This document shows positions 1 through 10,899 of a stretch of 20,000 bases of DNA, piece after piece. The notes under the pieces were generated by a model. It did not search any database. It worked only from the letters and a program-made list of their open reading frames with translations, and had not been told where the DNA came from. Made by a program: the position numbers and the translations under genes. Numbering within the stretch: position 1 is the stretch's first letter; every line of letters starts with the position of its first letter. Source of the stretch: Rhizaria sp. SCN 62-66. Lineage: Eukaryota. The stretch is from assembly GCA_001724265.1 (NCBI GenBank), contig MEDY01000140.1, positions 45,619 to 65,618 of the forward strand, given 5' to 3'.

Positions 1-1608
1 CAGCTGCTGCGCGAAGAGCTTTTGCGCGACGAGCGCCGTGTTGACCGCGGAGGCAGCGACTTCGCGGTGTGCGACGGCCGCGTAGCCCGTGCCGTAGGGC
101 TCCAGAGCGACGGCAACGGGCTGCGGCAGCGGGGCTGCCATCGCGCTGCTGCCGGGCTTGCCGCCCAGCAAGAGCGTGACCCTGGCGGCGGCGGGCAGGC
201 GCGCGGCCGCGACGCCGGCGAGCACCTCGGCGGGCAAAACGCGGCCCACGCAGCACGGACACACGAACGCGTCCGGGTCCCCGCCCGCGCGCGCGAGCAG
301 CTCGCTCATGGCGGCTTGGCTTTCGAACAGCGCGGCGGCTTCGTCCAGAGTGCGCACACCGTACTCGGCCCCCACGTCGACGTTGCCAGCGGCCGAGGCC
401 CGCGCCTTTGCGTCATCCGCGTCGGTATCAGCGCCAGCGCCAGCGCCAGCGGAAATGTCGGGCGGAGGCAGTTCCGCGGTGTAGCGGCGCACTGCGTCGC
501 GCGTGACGAGGCCGGCGCGCGCGCACACAGCCAGCGCGCGGAGGTAGAAGCGGCGGCGGTGCGCGGCGGCGCGGCGCGCGGTGGCCACGCCGGCGCGCGC
601 GAGACAGCGCGGGTGGTACTCGTGGCGGCACACTACGCACCACCACGCCCGCGACGACGACACGGACGGCGACGCGGCTGCGGTTGATGTGGACGCTGCG
701 CCCGCGTTAGCTGGCGCCAGAGCAGGGCCAGCAGCAGTAGCAGCAGCAACAGCCCCGTCCGTCATATCAGTTGCCGAGACTGTGTCCGTGTTGGTACTCG
801 CACGAGGCGCGACTATAGCGCACTCGCCGCCGCCGTTATCGCCGTCGCAGTCGTCGTCGTCGCTGATGCTGTCTGCGTCTGTGGCGACGCCGCAGAGCGC
901 GCAGGCGGCCTCGTCGTGCGGACACCGCGCGGCGGCAGCCGCAGCGGCCACAGCCTCTGGCGCCAGCGCAGTCAGAGTTACGGTCGGCGCAGCGACGCGG
1001 AGGCTGTGTGCGGTCCCGCCGTGTGCAACGGAGGTGCGGCTGTGTGTATGGCTGTGCGCAGCGTTGGCTTGGTGACTGGGCGCAGCATGTGCGTGGTGAC
1101 TGTGTGCTGCGGGGGTCGAGTTTGCGAGCTGGAGCCGCAGCGGGACAGCGGATGCGCTAGCCGAGGCGGCAGACGCTGCCGTGGCAGTCGCAGCCAAGGG
1201 AAATACTTGTGCTGGCGCCGATGGCGCCACCGTTGCTGCCGGCGCATGTGCTTGTGCCAGTGCAGGAGCTGAAGTTTGAGCTTGATCTTGTGTCGATGCG
1301 GGTGCAGTCGCAGCTTTGTCGGCAGTCTTGGTCCGGTTGCTGGTGCGACTGGGCCTGTCGTCGAGGCGGCTGGAAACAACTACGACGTCGCTGCCATCGC
1401 TCTCGCTCTCGCCGCTGCTGCTGCTGCTCAGACTGCTGCTGCTACTGACCTCGCCGCCGCTACTGCTGCTGTCAAGCGTTCTGCGCTTGGCCGGAGTCGC
1501 GGCCGCGGCTGGCTTCGTTGGGGCCGTCTTAGAGCTGTTTGACTTGGTCGCAGCGGCCTTGCTGATTACGGCTGTCCTACCGCCATCATCACCATCGTTG
1601 TCGTCGCC

Positions 1609-1645
<37 letters not shown>

Positions 1646-1716
1646 GACTCGAGCTTGCGGAGCACCTTCTGCGCAGGGGCAGACGCAACAGCAGCGCCTG
1701 TAGACGAGGATGATGA

Positions 1717-1756
<40 letters not shown>

Positions 1757-2583
1757 TAGGACGACGATGACGCAGTCAGCTGCAGCCGCAGCCCGGCGCC
1801 GGCTCCGGTGCCGCTGCCCAAAGGCGCGGGAGCGGGCCCAACCGAGCCGCGGGGCAGCGCCAGCGATACCACTCCAGACTTTGAGCTCGAGACGGAGCTC
1901 GCACTTGTTTTTGCAGTGCTGCCTCCAGTGGTCGAAGACGCAGCCACATTAAGCCGCAGATTCGCGCCCCCACTGTTGCTGTTGCTGCTCTTTACGCTGC
2001 TGCGCTGCGAGTTGCTGTTGCTATTGCCACCACGTCCGCGGCTGTCGTTGTGGTAGATGTACCCCGTCTCCGAGTCCGAGCTCGAGCTCTCAGCGGCCGC
2101 CGCGGACGAACGCAACGGGATCGGGATCGAAACAACGCCGCTGCTGCCGCGCGCGCCACTGCCACCGTGGCGCTGCTGCGAGTGCTGCGCGGGGGCGGCG
2201 CCCTTGTCGTGGCTGGTGCCACTGCTGCGGTTGCCACTGTGACGGTCACTGTGACTGTTCCTGTGGGCACTATGACTGTGACTATGCCCGTGACCGTGAC
2301 TATGACTGTGGCCGCCGTGGAGGCGCGATGCCCCCGCTGGGCCCGACACGGCCGCGGTAACCTGCGCAAGGCGGCTGGCAGCAGCGTCGCGCTGGTGGTA
2401 GCTGGCCGAGGCGTGGCGGCCGTCCGCCAGCGGGCGCGACACTGCCGCGGCGGCCGAGAGCAGCTGGCGAGTCGCGCGCACCCCCGGCGGCAGCAGCGCG
2501 GCCGCCGCGGCCTCAGACTCGGCCGCGGACGCCGTGGGCGCGGACGGGGTGCTGCCGCGCGTAGGGCGGTGGTGACCTGACAT
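1..2583 (-). CDS. Large low-complexity protein with a split PHD-type zinc finger; 3' end outside window; in-frame TAG at codon 276
   Basis: ATG at 2583. The ORF track stops at TAG 1756-1758, but the same frame stays open for 585 more codons to the window edge with the same codon style. It encodes CALC (892-903), WWCVVCRHEYHPRC (604-645) and FVCPCC (250-267), the C4HC3 ligand pattern of a PHD finger. Confidence 0.8.
1612..1756. repeat. Coding microsatellites (GCT)11 at 1612-1644 and (GAT)3(GAC)13 at 1709-1756, both encoding poly-Ser on the minus strand
   Basis: Directly visible trinucleotide runs. Confidence 0.95.
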
Positions 2584-2962
2584 CGGTCGGGCGAACGCGG
2601 AACGACGGAAGCCAAGGGACTGCGGACTGTCGAGGGTGAGATCGGCTTCTTTGTGCGGTCAAGAGCGGACTTCTTCTACAGCAAAAATCGAAGGCAAGAA
2701 CGAGTTTTTAGTGAGTATAATAAGAGCGCCCGGCAGAAATTTATCAATCAATTTAGTACAGCAGGTCACTGTGCAATTAACGATCAATACATGTACATAG
2801 CTCAGCCGCAAGATCCCGTGCCTGAGGGCGCGGACTGACCGACCGACCAGCCGATGTACTGCAGACCAGCCGCGGCGGCCGTGCCAAGCAAGCGAAGGTT
2901 CATGAAGCCACAGGTTTGTTGAGTTGACCTGTTTTTTTTTGCCGTCGTGCAAAGGAAAACGG

Positions 2963-3561
2963 ATGACCCGTGGTAACCAAGTACGTTTATCTTCATTCTT
3001 GCAAATTGATAGGCTCGCAACTGTCTGTTATTGCTGCTAATTTTGTGTCGAAAAACTTGCCATGATGACCAATGACGCCAGCAGCGTTGCTCACCCCCGT
3101 CTACCACGATTTCTCCCCACTTTCTTTCATCTCTCTAGCGTGATATTGACCGCAAGCGCGCCGAGGCTCGTGCCAAGGCCACTGCTGGTTCTACCAAGAA
3201 GACTTCGAAGGAGGAGTACGTCGTATCAGCATCAGCCACTTCTAGCCACCACCTGCTATTCAAGAACAAACCTATGCGTTGCCCCACCTAGATGTCTTTT
3301 CGTCATAAGATCAACAATGATTTGATATGGATGGCTATGTATTCTACGCGGATCGTGCGTTTTATCTGCGACGCGGTTGGTTATGCCGCTCTGTTTCCCA
3401 CAACCCTCTAACCATGCCTCGTCAGCGCTCACCCAGCTCCCTTCGCTTTTCTCTTGACTCGCCTTGTTGCCCACCATTGTAGCGATGCTGACCGTCTCCG
3501 CGCGAAGCAGGCCGCTGCCAACGCCCGCAAGGAGGCCGAGGCTGCCGCTGGCAAGAAGTAA
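2963..3561 (+). CDS. SERF: Small EDRK-rich factor (SERF / 4F5 family), 57 aa, 3 exons: 2963-2980, 3139-3215, 3483-3561
   Basis: The spliced product MTRGNQRDIDRKRAEARAKATAGSTKKTSKEDDADRLRAKQAAANARKEAEAAAGKK* has the diagnostic MTRGNQR N-terminus. Both introns are GTACGT...TAG and preserve frame; TAA stop. Missed by the ORF track. Confidence 0.93.
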
Positions 3562-4058
3562 ACGATCTTGTTTGAGCTCAACTATTGACTACATAACCAG
3601 ATTTCCACTTCCCTCCCCGTTGCTTCAGGACGCATACCGCTCCTGAATAACGTAACTGACAACGAAAAAAACATGTCATATGCCATCGTGACAAAAGAAT
3701 ACACACCGATTGCATACTTTTTTTGCCGTGCTCGTCTCGTTATATCTCGCTATCTTTGAAATTCATGACTTCGTATCCGTTTGTGGTGAATGGCGCGAAG
3801 TCTGGAAGCCAAGAAAGAACCCAATCTTTGTTTGATTCAGTTCGTCACTAGGCATCCGTCAAATCGCATAGCGCGCTGGTTTCATATCAACGATGTTGTT
3901 TATACTTATCACCATTTCATTGTCGTTTTAACTGTGTCTCTGTATCTGTCCTATTTCGTCCCCACAACCTCAGCCCTTAATGACCGTTTCTATTGTTGTC
4001 TCACCCTCGTTCAACCTCACTGCTCCCGCACTCCCCGCGCCTCACGCCGCTCCCCAGC

Positions 4059-4570
4059 ATGGCGAGCCAGGTGCAGTACAGCACGGCGTAGGCCTGGCTG
4101 AAGGCACACATTGGCGCGGTGCCTAACACCTCCACAGGCTGGTTCCGCGCGGGCGTGGGCTTCTACAACAAGCGCGAGTACGCGTTCTCCATCCAGTGCT
4201 TCGAGAAGGCCATCGCGCTCGACCCCAAGAACTACAACGCCTACCAAGTCATGAGCCGCGCCTGCATTGCAGTTAATCGTACGCTATCTTGCGCAGATCT
4301 GCTTCTCCTCTCCTGGTGTCACGAACAGTAGTCTGCTGCACGATATTCGCTCACTCACCCTTCTCTCTTCGTTATTTCCACTCACTTGTTTTGCTGTCTC
4401 TCCGCGCGACAGGCCGCGACCTGGCGATCATCGCGCTCAAAGAAAGTGTGAAGCTGAACAACCCCTCTGACTGGCATCTCTTGGTCGAGCTCACTGCCCA
4501 GGAGGCCGACCTCAAGGCCAAGGGCGACTCGGCCAACGCCGTGCATGTGCCGCAAGAGAACGACGCGTAA
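4059..4570 (+). CDS. Small tetratricopeptide-repeat (TPR) protein, ~125 aa, exons 4059-4278 and 4413-4570; in-frame TAG at codon 11
   Basis: Reads MASQVQYSTA*AWLKAHIGAVPNTSTGWFRAGVGFYNKREYAFSIQCFEKAIALDPKNYNAYQVMSRACIAVNR|RDLAIIALKESVKLNNPSDWHLLVEL...; the W..G..FY...Y..C.EKAI.LDP pattern is a typical TPR. Intron GTACGC...CAG; TAA stop. A tiny upstream exon (ATGACTTC near 3765, non-consensus donor) joined to the CAG at 4055-4057 is possible but unproven. Confidence 0.82.
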
Positions 4571-5114
4571 TTGCCGTCAAAGAGTTTCCGGCCCACACCT
4601 GACGACATCACAAGCAACGTCGCGCCTACTTCTAGAGACAGCGACGAGTAACCAGGCAGCAGTTGATGCGCAAACAAACAAGGTGACTGCAAATCACTAG
4701 AACTCGACGTGATGTGACAAATATTAACTGACTCGTGGCTCGTGACACAGCTGCAGCTGGGAGTCTGCTGTCCGTTCCACCCAGTAGCTCGCTTGGTCGG
4801 TTATATTGCTCAGTGCGCGTCACTGGCAGGCGTCACACACCGCGTGATGGGCATCGGGCCAGGAAGGATCTGATGTGCAAAAGCAATGAATGGCTATGTA
4901 CTGTATCACGATATAATGGCCCCAGTTAGTGTCAAGCAGCGGCTTAGATATGTGACCTTTAGCGGCAGATAGTTCGATTTATCACCAAAAATTCCTACAT
5001 TAGTACTTACAACTCATATAACTCAAATAACATTCAAAACTCTACAAATACAAAACAAGACTTCACTCCACCTGCCTAACCCCAACTTGGCGCAACATCA
5101 ATCAAACCCTCCCT

Positions 5115-5914
5115 TCACGCCGGCCCTAGACCGCCGCCGAGGCCGCCGTTGTGCTGCGGAGCGAGCGCGGCGCTGTTCGCGGCGTCGGAGATGGAGATGC
5201 GGGATGCGCCAGGGGCCAACGCGCCGGCGACGGCGTCGGCCACCGCGCGCGCCAGCGCCGCCACGGCCGCCGCAGAGTCGCGCGAGTTGCTGTGACCATG
5301 TGACAAGAAACAAGAGACAACGCCAGAGAACAAGAGGCAAAAGACGAGAGAGGTTGAATAAGATGTGCGAGTGAGTTCGTGTGAAAAACTCGAGTTGCGG
5401 TCGATGATCGTTGACAAATCAGTCGTGATACCATGCAAACAACAATGAAATCAGATGCAGTCCATTTTGTCTGAAATGGCATCAGAACTTCGTTCGATAC
5501 AAGAACGTACCAGACGACGACGATCGCGGCGACGACGACGGCGGCCATGGCAGTCACCACGAGACACGCGCACGCGCACGTGCGCCGCTGCACCGGACTC
5601 CACCGCGCCAGCGCAAGCCCCACGGCCGCGCCGGCCTCCGCCGCGGCCTCGCCCGCAGACAGCGTCGCATAGCCCCCATCATCAGCGCCAGCACGAGTGT
5701 GGTTAGAGCTTTTGACGCCTTTGTAGCGATAGTCGCTCACGCTGCTGCTGTTGCTGCTGCTGATGTAGCCCAGACTGCCGCTCTCACTGTCTCGCTCGCT
5801 GTGCCCGCGCTCACTGTGGTGGCCACCGTCGCTGTGGAGCTCGCCACGGTCACTCTGCCCACGGTCACTCTGCCCACGGTCACTGTGGCGACTGAAGCTG
5901 CTGTGGAGAGACAA

Positions 5915-5946
<32 letters not shown>

Positions 5947-6047
5947 GGGTGCTGAAGCCGTCGCTGTCGTCCTGATATCGCCTGCTCCCACAGCCTTGGC
6001 CGACATAGTTCTTGCTGGCAGTCTTGGCCGCACTCGCCACCGCGTCT

Positions 6048-6082
<35 letters not shown>

Positions 6083-7163
6083 GGAGCTGATGCTGATGTG
6101 GTCGTCGCCGAGCGACTGTGAGCGGCCAAGGCGGCTTGAGTTCACGCCGCCGATCGCCACATCACCGTTCCGCCCCCCGGCCCCGGCCCCGCTACCCTCC
6201 GCCGCAGACGGCAACGCACCGTCGCCGCAGCAGACGCAGCAAGCGCGGAGAGCGCGGAGAGCGCGGGCAAGAAGCAGGTACAGGGACAGCAGCACAGCGG
6301 TTACGGCAGCGCCCAGAGCGGCGAGGGCGGCCGCCGCGGCCGCGAGGCAGTGCGCAGTGCAGAAGAACACGGCGTCCAGACACGCGTCGCAGCATGACAT
6401 GGCGCAGGCGTCGCCGGAGGCCGAGTCTGAAGCCGAGGCGGAGAAGCGCGGGCCGTCGGGGCCAGGCATCGAGGACAGAAACGAGTTCCACGACGAGCTA
6501 TGTTAAGGCAGTATAAATACACGAATACAAAGCACTTTCAGAATATAAATATGATTTTATACATGGAATTACAGTTACATATGTAAAACTCAAATACTAT
6601 TACAGTGAGCCTTTGCTAAGATCGATTAATGTGCATAGATATCAAATTGTTTGCTTGTCGTACCCTTTGGCGGCGGCCTTGGCGAGGGCGCCGACGCCGA
6701 CGACTGTGGCGCCTGGGGGCGGCGCCAGCAGCTTGCGCCGGGCCTGGTCAAGCAGGCGGCGCTGCTGCTGCTGGCGTTGGTGCTGCTGCAGCGACTGCGC
6801 CTGCTGCTGCAACACGGTCGGGAGCAGCAACGAGCCGTCAGGCATCGAAGCGACACCTGCTGCTGCTGCTGCTGCTGTTGCTGCTGTTTGGAGTGCTGAG
6901 GACTTGTGTCGCGCTGCGTAGCTGCCGCCGTATGCCTCCACGTGCGTAGGTGCGGCGCGCAGCGGGTCGGTGGAACCTTGCACGCGCTGTGCAAAGGCGG
7001 GGAGTGCGGACGACGACGGGGGCTGCGGGGCGGTAGAGGAGGCAAAGGGGGCCTCGGATGAGGGCGGGGCCGGTCCCAGGAGCGGCTGGACCGAGCGGCC
7101 AGACGGGCTGAACTGCGACATGACGTAGTTCACACGCCCAATACCCTAGAAAATATAGCGCAT
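5115..7163 (-). CDS. Uncharacterised low-complexity protein with two Cys-flanked hydrophobic (likely transmembrane) segments; exons ~7163/7121-6664, 6497-5511, 5289-5115
   Basis: Three ORF-track pieces join in frame through introns 6663-6498 (GTACGA...TAG) and 5510-5290 (GTACGT...CAG). Hydrophobic stretches are CLAAAAAALAALGAAVTAVLLSLYLLLA and CACACLVVTAMAAVVVAAIVVV; TGA stop at 5115-5117. The start is uncertain: ATG 7121, or ATG 7163 if TAG 7146-7148 is sense. Confidence 0.68.
5844..5884. repeat. 15-bp coding tandem repeat (CCACGGTCACTCTGC x ~2.7) encoding SDRGQ units; nearby (GCC)10 at 5915-5944 and (TTG)11 at 6051-6083
   Basis: Directly visible; degenerate SDGGH/SERGH/SERDS copies follow in the protein. 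Confidence 0.9.
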
Positions 7164-7402
7164 AATGTTGGGAAGGAATGTATCATGAGATAATCGTGCA
7201 GATAGGGGTCAGACAGGAGCAGGCTTGCAGGAGCGAAATGGGAGGCAACGGATGTGATTGATTTGAAAAAGTGTCTGGTCGTTGCATCTGTCCGTCAACA
7301 GATACACCCGTTTTACCCCGAAGACACCACATAGGTTTGTCTATAATCCCTATTTTATACTCGCTAGAAGCGCCTTTATCACACAAATCCACTTCAAACA
7401 AA

Positions 7403-9013
7403 ATGTTGTCGAGCCTCGCGGCCTACGGCAGCAGCGACAGCGAGGCCAGCGACGCCGAGACCGCGCCCACCAAGCACTCACCTAAGGCCTCTGATGTCGC
7501 GGTCGTCTCCGCCGCGTCTAGGCTGACATCTCTGTTTGCGGACGACGCTGACGACGCCGACAGTGCTCCCGCCGGTCCGGTCGCCGCAACCGCAACGGCT
7601 CCCGTCCATCCAGCCACAAACGCAACCACAAACTTGGGCGCTAAGCCCGCAACTGCGGCCACAGTCGCCAAGCCTGCCAGCAGCACCGGCGGCATTAACT
7701 GGGGCGTTCTTTCCGCGCCCTCAGCTGCCGCCACAGCCGCGACCACTGGCGCTGGCATGACCTCTACTAGCTCTGGCTCCTCTAGCTCTAGCTCTGGCTC
7801 TGGCTCTGGCTCTGCTGCTGCGGAGGCTGACGGCGGCGACGGCGGCGCGGACATTGCCCCCAGCATCAAGCGCCCCCGCGTCATCACCTCGGCGGCCGCA
7901 GCCCCGCTCACAGTCACTCTCGGCGGCCCCTCCGCCTCAGCCACATCCGCATCAGCAGCCGCAACCGCTGCCACCGGCTCAGCAACAGCAGCGACAGGCA
8001 GCAGTGGCAGCGCGATGTTGCTGCAACGCTCGCGCGCACTGATGGCGGGCTTTTCTTCCACAGCCGGTGCCGCCGCCGCCGGCCCCGCGCCCGCGCCTGC
8101 TGCTGCTGCGGCGGCGGTGACAGCAGCATCGACCGACTCGAGCTCGAGCTCTGCTGCAGAGACACCTGCGCCTGCTCCTGGAGCTGCGGACGCTGCTCCT
8201 GCGCTGAACAGCACCGCCGCGGCGCTGGCGATGATGCGCCGGTACGCGGCCGCGAGCGCCACGGCCGACGCTGAGGCCGCGGCCGCGGTCGCCGCGGCGG
8301 CGCAGGCGGACGCCGCCGCAGCCAAGGCGGCTACAGAGGCGGCAGCGATCGCAATCTGGGCCGCCACTGAGACCAAGGCCAAGGCCGACGCAGAAGCCAA
8401 GGCCAAGGCTGCGGCAGCTGTTGTCACCGCTGAGACTGACGCTGGTGCCGCTGTTGATGTTGCAGCCAGCACCGGCAGCGACACGCAATCGAGCCCTGCC
8501 GCGCCCGCCTCAACTGCGAACTCCACCTCGACTGCAAACTCCGCCTTAGCTGTTGCGACTGCCAAGGCGCCGGCCCCCGGCAGTCTGGCCGCGTTGGCGG
8601 CTCGCGACCGCACTTTGCGCCGCGAGCTCCTCGCCGCCGGCCTCCTCAACACACAGAGCGACGGCACCGGCGACACCTGTGACGACTACGAAGATGCTGA
8701 CTCAGCCAAGCCATCCCGCCGCGGCGCGACCGTGGTGAGCGTGTCGCAGGCCTCGCTGACCGCGCTCTCGCGCGAGGAGCGGCTGCGCGCCGAGGTCGAG
8801 GCGCAGGTCCGCGCGCAGCACGCTGCACAGACCCGCGCCGTGACCGGCATGACGCGCTGGGACGCCGCGCTCGGTCGCGAGGTCACTGTCGAGTCAGCTA
8901 CAGGCGGCGGGGCCGGCGATAGGGCCGCCAAGAGCCGGATCGGCGTGCTCGCGGAGCAGGCAATCAAGACGGAGCTCGCAATCGCGCTCAAGAAGGCCGT
9001 GGGGCGTCGATGA
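7403..9013 (+). CDS. Ala/Ser-rich protein resembling PRCC (spliceosome-associated), 536 aa, single exon
   Basis: First ATG is 7403, at the AT-to-GC transition. The N-terminus MLSSLAAYGSSDSE matches the 'SLVAY.SSDE' start of PRCC and some other splicing proteins. The C-terminal AAKSRIGVLAEQAIKTELAI resembles the PRCC C-terminal 'KHQI.YL..QA...ELEL' motif (recalled similarity). TGA stop. The CDS is secure; the family call is tentative. Confidence 0.6.
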   Translation: MLSSLAAYGSSDSEASDAETAPTKHSPKASDVAVVSAASRLTSLFADDADDADSAPAGPVAATATAPVHPATNATTNLGAKPATAATVAKPASSTGGINWGVLSAPSAAATAATTGAGMTSTSSGSSSSSSGSGSGSAAAEADGGDGGADIAPSIKRPRVITSAAAAPLTVTLGGPSASATSASAAATAATGSATAATGSSGSAMLLQRSRALMAGFSSTAGAAAAGPAPAPAAAAAAVTAASTDSSSSSAAETPAPAPGAADAAPALNSTAAALAMMRRYAAASATADAEAAAAVAAAAQADAAAAKAATEAAAIAIWAATETKAKADAEAKAKAAAAVVTAETDAGAAVDVAASTGSDTQSSPAAPASTANSTSTANSALAVATAKAPAPGSLAALAARDRTLRRELLAAGLLNTQSDGTGDTCDDYEDADSAKPSRRGATVVSVSQASLTALSREERLRAEVEAQVRAQHAAQTRAVTGMTRWDAALGREVTVESATGGGAGDRAAKSRIGVLAEQAIKTELAIALKKAVGRR

Positions 9014-9380
9014 CCTGTTCAAAGTACGAATGGTAAGCTTATTGCTCTATGTTTGGTCCGTTCTTGACTCCTGGCCCAGAGGCATACAGTTAAGATTTGT
9101 TGCAATTGTGCAAGAAACATAACATACACAGTGAATTTCTAACTACGTACGCTTATTGATCATAAGCTCATGAAACGAACTCGCTATATGTGTGGTGTCG
9201 TTTACAGGTTATGACACCGCATGGCGCATGAAATGTAATCAACATCTGTACGACGTAAAATCAGTTGTATTGTGTACAAATTAATAACTTGACATATTTC
9301 GACACTCATACATTCATTGAATCAAACCTCTCTCGCAATCACTTCGCAACGGCTGACTTAAGCTGAGTAATGCTAACTGC

Positions 9381-10196
9381 TTAGACGAGGGAGACGTTGT
9401 TGGTCCAGAACTCGACGGACTTGTTGTAGGCGTCGCGGTCGAGCGGGATGCCGGAGCCGCCGTGCTCGGTGCCCAGTGCGTTGCGGAGCATCGTGATAGG
9501 CTGCATGGGCGTCTCGAAGCCGTCGTTCTGGGCCTTGACGGAGACGATGCCCCACTCGGCCGTGTCGGTGCTCTCGGTGCCCATCGACGCGTTCTCGATC
9601 TTGATCTGCTCGCGCGAGTAGAGGATCAGGTCCAGGTAACCCGCGGGCGCCACGGAGGGCAGTGAGGCAAGCGGGACAAAGCGGTTGAGCACGGGGAGCT
9701 CCTTGTCAGTGCGCGCGGCGTAAGACGTCTTGACCAGGGGCTCGACCTCAGGGGTGAGAGCAACGTAGCACGGCTTCGTCTGGGTGAAGTTGGGGACGAA
9801 GATGTGCTTGCAGAAGGGCGCGTAGCCGTCGACGAGTACCTCGGCACCCTTGGCCTGCTGTGCGGCAACGTACTCAAGGCACTTGGCCAGGAAGGCGTCC
9901 TTGTCGTAGTCAATGGTGCCAGACGAGGCGTCGCCGGAGCCGGCGCCGAACTGGCGCATGCAGAAGGCGTCGATGCACAGGAAAGCGGGCTTATCGGAAG
10001 ACATCGCAGAGCGAGGTGTCGAGCTAAGCATGCGTCCAACGTGCAGTTGAGATTTCGGCGTCAGATGCGATGATGGCGATGGGAAACGGGGGTACAGAGA
10101 AACAGCAAGGCTTTGGTGTGAGCTGAAGCGCGCTATCGTCACAAGCAAGGGGGTGGAGGCCACACGCGAGCTCTCTTTCAGCCGCGACAGCAGCAT
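9381..10196 (-). CDS. DUF3228-family protein; conserved part starts near ATG 10004, with a possible 64-aa N-terminal extension from ATG 10196
   Basis: Motifs LVDGYAPFCKHIFVPNFT, YAARTDKELPVLNRF, LDLILYSREQI and MQPITMLRNALG..GGSGIPLDRDAY..SV.FW are recognisable as DUF3228. Strong C/G-ending codon bias; TAA stop. Confidence 0.85.
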   Translation of the reverse strand: MLLSRLKESSRVASTPLLVTIARFSSHQSLAVSLYPRFPSPSSHLTPKSQLHVGRMLSSTPRSAMSSDKPAFLCIDAFCMRQFGAGSGDASSGTIDYDKDAFLAKCLEYVAAQQAKGAEVLVDGYAPFCKHIFVPNFTQTKPCYVALTPEVEPLVKTSYAARTDKELPVLNRFVPLASLPSVAPAGYLDLILYSREQIKIENASMGTESTDTAEWGIVSVKAQNDGFETPMQPITMLRNALGTEHGGSGIPLDRDAYNKSVEFWTNNVSLV

Positions 10197-10899
10197 ACCA
10201 GCCGTGTTCTCAGTACCAATGTTGGGACGATCACAGACAAGTGTGCTCAGAGACAGTAGCTACTGTGCGGCGCTGGATCCAGAGAGGGCGAGATGCGTTA
10301 AGAGGCCAAGCACGTGATTTGCAGATCGGTCGAAACAGAGATATAGATTAAGTGCAACACCAGATTTAAAAACAAAATATAATTTCTGAGGCAGTTTCAT
10401 TCTGATCAAATGACACCGTCGAGTTTCAACAGATTTTTCCTCATCATCTATGCCTCGCAAGATCGACTGCGAATCTTCTGCTGGTCGCTTGCCAGTCCCC
10501 ACACTCGACCACAAACGCTTATCAATCATTTGGATAAATGACATTCGTGCATGCTTATACTTGCCTTGTGGCGAAAGAATCTACTCTGAACAATAAAATA
10601 TGGCTTACTTTGCTGTATGGCTTATTTTCTTGTCCCTCGCGAAGCGTTCGGGAAGAAATTGCGCATTAAAAGGCCGACAAGTACTCACCAGTCACTGGTC
10701 ACCATACGACTTCGAGCAAAAATGTGTAACCGGTTTTGCAAAAATGTATTAAAAGATTGGCCTGTTCGTAATCAAGCATCACTCGAACAGAAACAACTCT
10801 GGCCCTCGTTGTCGTATCAATCTGATTCCCAGAAATCTTTCACACACAATATCCAAGACGTTGCTCGCACAGCGACGCGCACTCACGCAGGTGTTCATT

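Noticed and set aside
3062-3138. Box C-like ATGATGA in SERF intron 1 suggesting an intronic C/D snoRNA
   Set aside because: There is no downstream box D (CTGA) within the intron.
7271-7402. 44-aa N-terminal extension of the 580-aa ORF
   Set aside because: It starts at GTG in AT-rich promoter-like sequence; the eukaryotic start is more plausibly ATG 7403.
10260-10899. Short ORFs and an imperfect 17-bp tandem duplication (TATGGCTTA..., ~10600-10633) in the DUF3228-kinesin spacer
   Set aside because: AT-rich, with no host codon bias and no recognisable motif; only two degenerate repeat copies.
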